This document shows, one piece after another, positions 58,903-64,000 of a stretch of DNA of 64,000 nucleotides (its first letter is position 1; every line of letters begins with the position of its first letter). The translations under genes and the position numbers were made by a program. The notes below the pieces were generated by a model. The model was not told the origin of the DNA. It saw nothing but the letters and a program-made list of their open reading frames with translations, and searched no databases. The DNA comes from Balanoglossus misakiensis (lineage: Eukaryota; Animalia; Hemichordata). The stretch lies in contig CM082577.2 of the NCBI GenBank assembly GCA_040954595.2, positions 2,852,001-2,916,000 on the forward strand. Direction: 5' to 3'.

Positions 58903-59866
58903 GTGAGTTTCTGTACTCATATCATGATGGTTTACTCGTAAGACTTGATCAAAGTGATAAGGATGGGTGAACTTTTGTTGCGCACAAGAAATGGAGAGAT
59001 TTTTTCACGGAATATTATTATACCACTCGCATACCTTAGGGAATACCTTAGATGTTGCCCCCTTCGCCTACTATGATTGCAGAAATAAGTTGACGTGTGT
59101 ATCAGTTTGATAGTGTGTGCTTTATGTGTTAAAGTCGTTTAAGGCAAGTTACACTTAGAAAACGCCTCTTTTCGTGGTACGTGAGTTGGTGCGGTAGGCC
59201 TGGGTCAAATCCCGTAAAGTTCAAGTCAGTTTGTAGCGATGGCGAAATTGTTTTGCTTAGTCATTCTGGGTTCTAGGTGATTTGATATCGTATATAGATT
59301 TGAAGTTTTACTGGTAAAGTAGATACGACCATTATATTAGTGGTTCTGTGTTTGTGTTTTAGTGTTGCGTGACTTCTTTAAATTAGAATATAAAAATACA
59401 AAGCAAACGAATAAGCGAATAGTCCTAAAAGACGCTCAATTTCGAACTTTTTTCAATTTCGAACTTGAAACATGAGTTTTTTGTTTAGCCGTCGTTATGA
59501 GCGAATATTAGTAATTCAGCAGAAATTCCGATAAAAGTCAAGAGCGCGTGACAGATGGATCAAGTATGATTTCAGCGATTCTTTGGCTTTTAATGTCACA
59601 TATGTTTGTTCCATTGAAAGTCAGAAAAAGGGGAAATTATCGGATTTGGTTTAATCTACCGCAAATTGGTCAACGGCATACAATTGAGGCCTGTTGAGTC
59701 AGATAGTGATAAAATGAACGATGGAAAGCAAGGTCAGACGTCATCGTTTAAACCCTGAAAAGTCGCCGAGGTGTTATTTAATTCAATCTGGCGGAGGGAT
59801 ATTGGTGCGGAGTGATTCAGTACAGCTGGTATATCGGCCTCTTTCGCTTGAAGTCTACAGGTACCC

Positions 59867-62151
59867 ATGGTAACCATGTGTGTGATGAAGTGGCACATTG
59901 TTGTTTTGGCGACAGTTATGGTCGCCCAAAGCTCAGCGCGCTCAAGTCCACGGGTAAGTCACAAGGAATAATCTATGTTCATTGCCTAACAGGCTAATTT
60001 GCATAATACCATGTTCCTCATTGTGCGCACCTTCACTCTTCTGAACCTTACTCATTGCATATTATTCATTAAGGTTCTATGACTGGCAATGTCACGTAAT
60101 ATACAGATAATTGTAAACAGTCCAGCCCTGCAAGATGTAAAAATATACATTAATCATTTTCATGTTCTTCTATTTTATCGTCTTCTTAGATACTTAGAAG
60201 TCAAAAAACTACAGGTAAGTTAAATGTCAGTGTTGCTTATAGAGCCGTTGTCCCCGGGCCTACTTGTAACCATGTTATTTTTACTGCGCATATTTAATTA
60301 TCCGTGAAATGAAATTTTATCATCATAGATAGGTGTAGGAGGTGATAATTTGTTTTTTCCCCCATAGACCCGTGCGAGGGCGTTCGATGTGGATACTACG
60401 CTTCTTGCCAGAACGGCGAGTGCGTTTGCCCGGCTGTGTGTACCCCGGAATACAATCCCGTCTGCGGTAGTGATGGATTCACGTATGCGAACCAATGTGA
60501 ACTGGAGATCTGGGCATGCCTGCACCAAACTGACATTTCCGCTCTCTTTGCCGGTGACTGTAACCGTAAGTCGGACATAAATCTTTTGAAATACTATTTG
60601 TTGCGCGCAAAAATTTGGAGGCCCTTCTTCGTCATCGTCGCAAATCATGGCAGCAGTTTCCACTTTGCGAGGTTCGCGAGAATGCTATTCGTGTACGTGT
60701 CCTGCTGCGGGTTTGGGCGCCGTCTTTACCTTTGCAGATTCGTGGCTGTTCTGTTCGGAAGGGGTCCACACTACACCGAGAACAGCCAAAACAGAGAACA
60801 GAACAGCCAAAACGGTCACCAAAGCTAAAAGACACGGTCACTCCACACAACCGTTATTGTACATCAAATACGGCCATGTCGAAAACAAAAAAGCGTCCTC
60901 AACAAGGATCAAATTCTTTTCGTCCAAAGGCCCTTTCGTACGGTAATAAAAAGCCAAGGCGCTAGGCGGTCCATATCATCGTCTGTTCTTCGTCTTACTT
61001 CCAGAGTGCCCGGATGGGTCTGACCCGGTAAACTGCATTGCTGACCCGTGTGCAGTGGCAACGTGTGAATTGTTTCCGGATGCCACCTGCGAAGCCAATT
61101 ATTGCGGAGGCTGTAACGCCATCTATAAGGACGCGAATGGCGACATAGTCGATTGCGGTGAGAAGTACTTCTGTGTGTTAACTGGCCGGGGTTTGCAGCC
61201 AACTTTGGCAGCAGCTATTTATCTCTAGTATAGACACATACGATGGAATTGTATTGTAAGTGCAAGTACCCAAATCGAGTGTATACCCGACTGCGGTGGG
61301 GGTTATTACTGTTATTATAGGGTCTATGCTGTTATGTTATATAAAAATAATTTTGTGGCATATCAGTAATCATTTTCTTGGCAAAACAACAAGAGAAAAA
61401 GAACTGATCGAAAGTCGCGTCGATGAATGTAAATACGAGCGGCCCGGGATCGAGCAGTAAGCATGAAGCAGGCGACAAAAAGTGACAAGAAATGTATCGC
61501 GCATGGCAAAGTGCCAAACTTTACCATAGAGCAGTTCAAAAATAGAATTTTCATATATACATTTTTATACATTTCCAGACAACATATGCCACCTGCCGCC
61601 TGTGTCTGGTACCTGTGAAGCCCTCATTCCCCGCTGGTTTTACAATAAGGAGACGAGAAAGTGTGAGCAATTTACGTATGGCGGCTGCGGAGGAAATGGT
61701 AACAACTTTGAGGGGAAGTCAGCTTGTAACAAGACATGTGTTAGATCGCCAAAAGGTTTGTAACTATCTATACTCGTGTTGATTCGCAGTGTTTGAGCGG
61801 CAGTTGTATACACCCTTGTCACAAGTCCAGAACCCTCATGCAGCCATCGTGAATTTGAACTCAAAGCGAGGGCAATGGGGGGGGGGGGGAGATCCCTTGA
61901 TGTGATTGGTCAACTTTCTCCATTAGCCTCACTTTGAGTTCAAATCCATGATGGCTGCATGAGGGCGCTAGGCTGATGAAAAGAGTGTATTGGCGCTTCG
62001 CATGGTTCTTCACCAAGTCCCCATAGTGTATAACTCACTGTAGAGGTACATGATGTAATTAGCTTTGATGGCGACAAAGCAATTGCACTAGTGTAAGAGA
62101 CAACATGATTGTCTCTTTGCATTTCTTATTACAGGTCGTGCAGCGAAATGA
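59867..62151 (+). CDS. Secreted multidomain protease-inhibitor-like protein, paralog 2: signal, follistatin/Kazal, 8-Cys module, Kunitz
   Basis: Signal M..MKWHIVVLATVMVAQSSA. A 25-nt exon at 60190-60214. Kazal exon 60368-60565 CVCPAVCTPEYNPVCGSDGFTYANQCEL. 8-Cys exon 61005-61157. Kunitz exon 61579-61755 CHLPPVSGTCEALIPRWFYN...CEQFTYGGCGGNGNNF. Last exon GRAAK* ends at 62151, with AATAAA at ~62346. Confidence 0.87.
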
Positions 62152-63208
62152 TTTCGAGATACCCAGTAGTCCATTGCGCCTCCAAACAGCGGCATTTTCT
62201 GGCCAGAACAGCACGTGACTTGAAACAAATCCGCATATCGGTCTGCTGGCCACTGTACAACAGGAATACTCATTTGACCCTGTTCCTTGGTGACTTTTCC
62301 AATCCTGCATGCGCTCATATTCATCTCACGGATTATCGAAAAATAATAAAATAATGACAAAAAACAACACCTCATGGTTGTGATTTTCTTACACATTGAG
62401 TACTTATACAACAATCCTCATCACGTTCTGAGCGGATCAATTAAAGAATTCGACCCCACTATTACAAAACTGGGTCTCCCGGTGTCGATATCCATTCAAA
62501 TTTCTCAAAAAGTTGTGTTGCACTTTTTTTGCGAAATACAAATGTGCTTGTATCTTTAGAAGGCTCCGCAACACACCCTTTATGTCGCTATCTCCGCGTT
62601 TTGATCATCAAATACCCTTAGTATCAAAACAGTTTGTGCATTTGTTTTTATCTCGACTTCAGAATGCCAATAAGGTTACGTTGCCCCCGGCCGGTGTTAA
62701 ACATATGGCGTGTGGATTACTAAGCTGATATAAAGAAATTGTTTGTCTGAAACTGTGAATCATAAGTACCAACACACAGCCGTTACCGGATTTGAGTTGT
62801 TCTTCCATGGAATTTAATCTCATGTAATTTGCTGCGCCCTAGCAAACTCTCTTGTAATTAACCCTACAGGTGACAACAGGGGTCGACGCCATCGTTTAAA
62901 AGAATATGTCCTTGCCCGGTCGTTGTTGAGGTCAAATCATTGGAGGGGCGTCTACGTGTCACTGTGTGCGTGAATGTGTGTTTTGGAGTAGTGTACGGCC
63001 TATTTCATGTTTGATACCAAATTTAATAAACAGGAAAACTTTGCGAGCATGAACTGCAGGTCCACACCGAGTCATGACTTCAGTGTCACGTGATGCTTAC
63101 CTTCGCGTGCGCAGCAATAATTGAAAGGGGGTGTCACGACACAGCTGTTTTGGGATTTGAGTTGATCCTGCACGCAATCTCGAATAGTTTTCTGAGCCCT
63201 GTCAGTTT

Positions 63209-63303
63209 TATAAGGTTGCAAGTGGCAGCAAGAGTCGACACAATCATTTGAAGTCGTCCCTGGTCGTTACTCTGGTCGTTACTGAGATCAAATCGTGAGA
63301 GAG
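63209..63303 (+). promoter_or_regulatory. TATA-like box and non-coding first exon of paralog 3
   Basis: TATAA at ~63209. The exon ends ATCGTGAGAGAG|gtgagt. Confidence 0.55.
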
Positions 63304-63825
63304 GTGAGTGCAAGTATTTCATTCATTCTCGATATCACACAATGGTCAGAGAGAACGACGCTTTCCCTTTTAAAGCTTGAGTACTGATTTATCATGGAAT
63401 GTACAAGCGTTTGGAAGACTATAGTGTAAGGATGGATGGCCTTTGCCTCCTTTTGCATGTGGTTGTTGAGTTAGCTGAAACAGTGTATCCAGCCGACGTC
63501 GCATGTTGCTTGTTCTCAGATGTCGTTTGTGTTGTTTACTTGATTTTGTTTACGGAAATAAACGCGGATATCACAGTAAATGTTGGGTCGACCCAAACGG
63601 CAGTTTACACGCACACGAAGTCAACCAGGGAACTAAATTATCCTGAAAGCAAAACAAAAACATGTTGTTCCGACCGCGAGAACCAAAACACCAACCTTGG
63701 CATGATTTTTTTTTCAAGACGAGGGTGCCCATTCATTCATGTCAGGTACTGATGACAAAATCAAGGACGTGTCATAAACAACACATTGCGTAAATGTTTA
63801 CATTTTACAGGTAACAATAGTGACT

Positions 63826-63903
63826 ATGTTTGCGATGAAGTGGCAGATTGTCGTTATCGTGGCAATGTTTGTTGCCCAAACCTCAGCACGGCCAAACAAA
63901 CAG
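63826..63903 (+). CDS. Signal-peptide exon of a third paralog, truncated by the window end
   Basis: MFAMKWQIVVIVAMFVAQTSARPNKQ|gtaag is closely similar to the paralog 2 exon MCVMKWHIVVLATVMVAQSSARSSPR|gtaag. Confidence 0.8.
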
Positions 63904-64000
63904 GTAAGATGAGTTGAGTTGATGGTCGATGCATGATGCATGGTGATCTGCAAGGTCGTGTTTGCCAACTTTCACTGTGTTTTTAAATGCAACTTATTTT

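Overview
Eukaryotic, intron-rich animal genomic DNA, most likely an invertebrate deuterostome. That placement is inferred from two adjacent U12-type introns in the XDH/AOX gene, the AT-rich introns and the gene content. Most short ORFs in the track are exon fragments or noise. Gene order, with exons assembled by eye: CLEC16A (-, 3' end runs off the window), head-to-head with a low-specificity L-threonine aldolase (+); a GH31 lysosomal alpha-glucosidase (GAA-like, +) with a very long acidic stalk; a xanthine dehydrogenase/aldehyde oxidase family molybdo-flavoenzyme (-) with a remodelled substrate pocket; a 143-aa two-TM orphan ORF (-); a CR1-like LINE remnant; an SLC23/NAT transporter (+) with a Q-type motif; a Gfo/Idh/MocA (YteT-like) oxidoreductase (-); and a tandem array of at least three secreted-protein paralogs (+). 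The two complete paralogs are built as signal peptide, follistatin/Kazal, an 8-Cys module I cannot name, and Kunitz. Introns contain a ~92-97 bp TTAA-flanked piggyBac-like MITE and other dispersed repeats. The best candidates for undescribed biology are the Kazal/8-Cys/Kunitz array, the divergent Mo-hydroxylase near a nucleobase-type transporter, and the stalked GAA. No database search was possible, so novelty is unverified.
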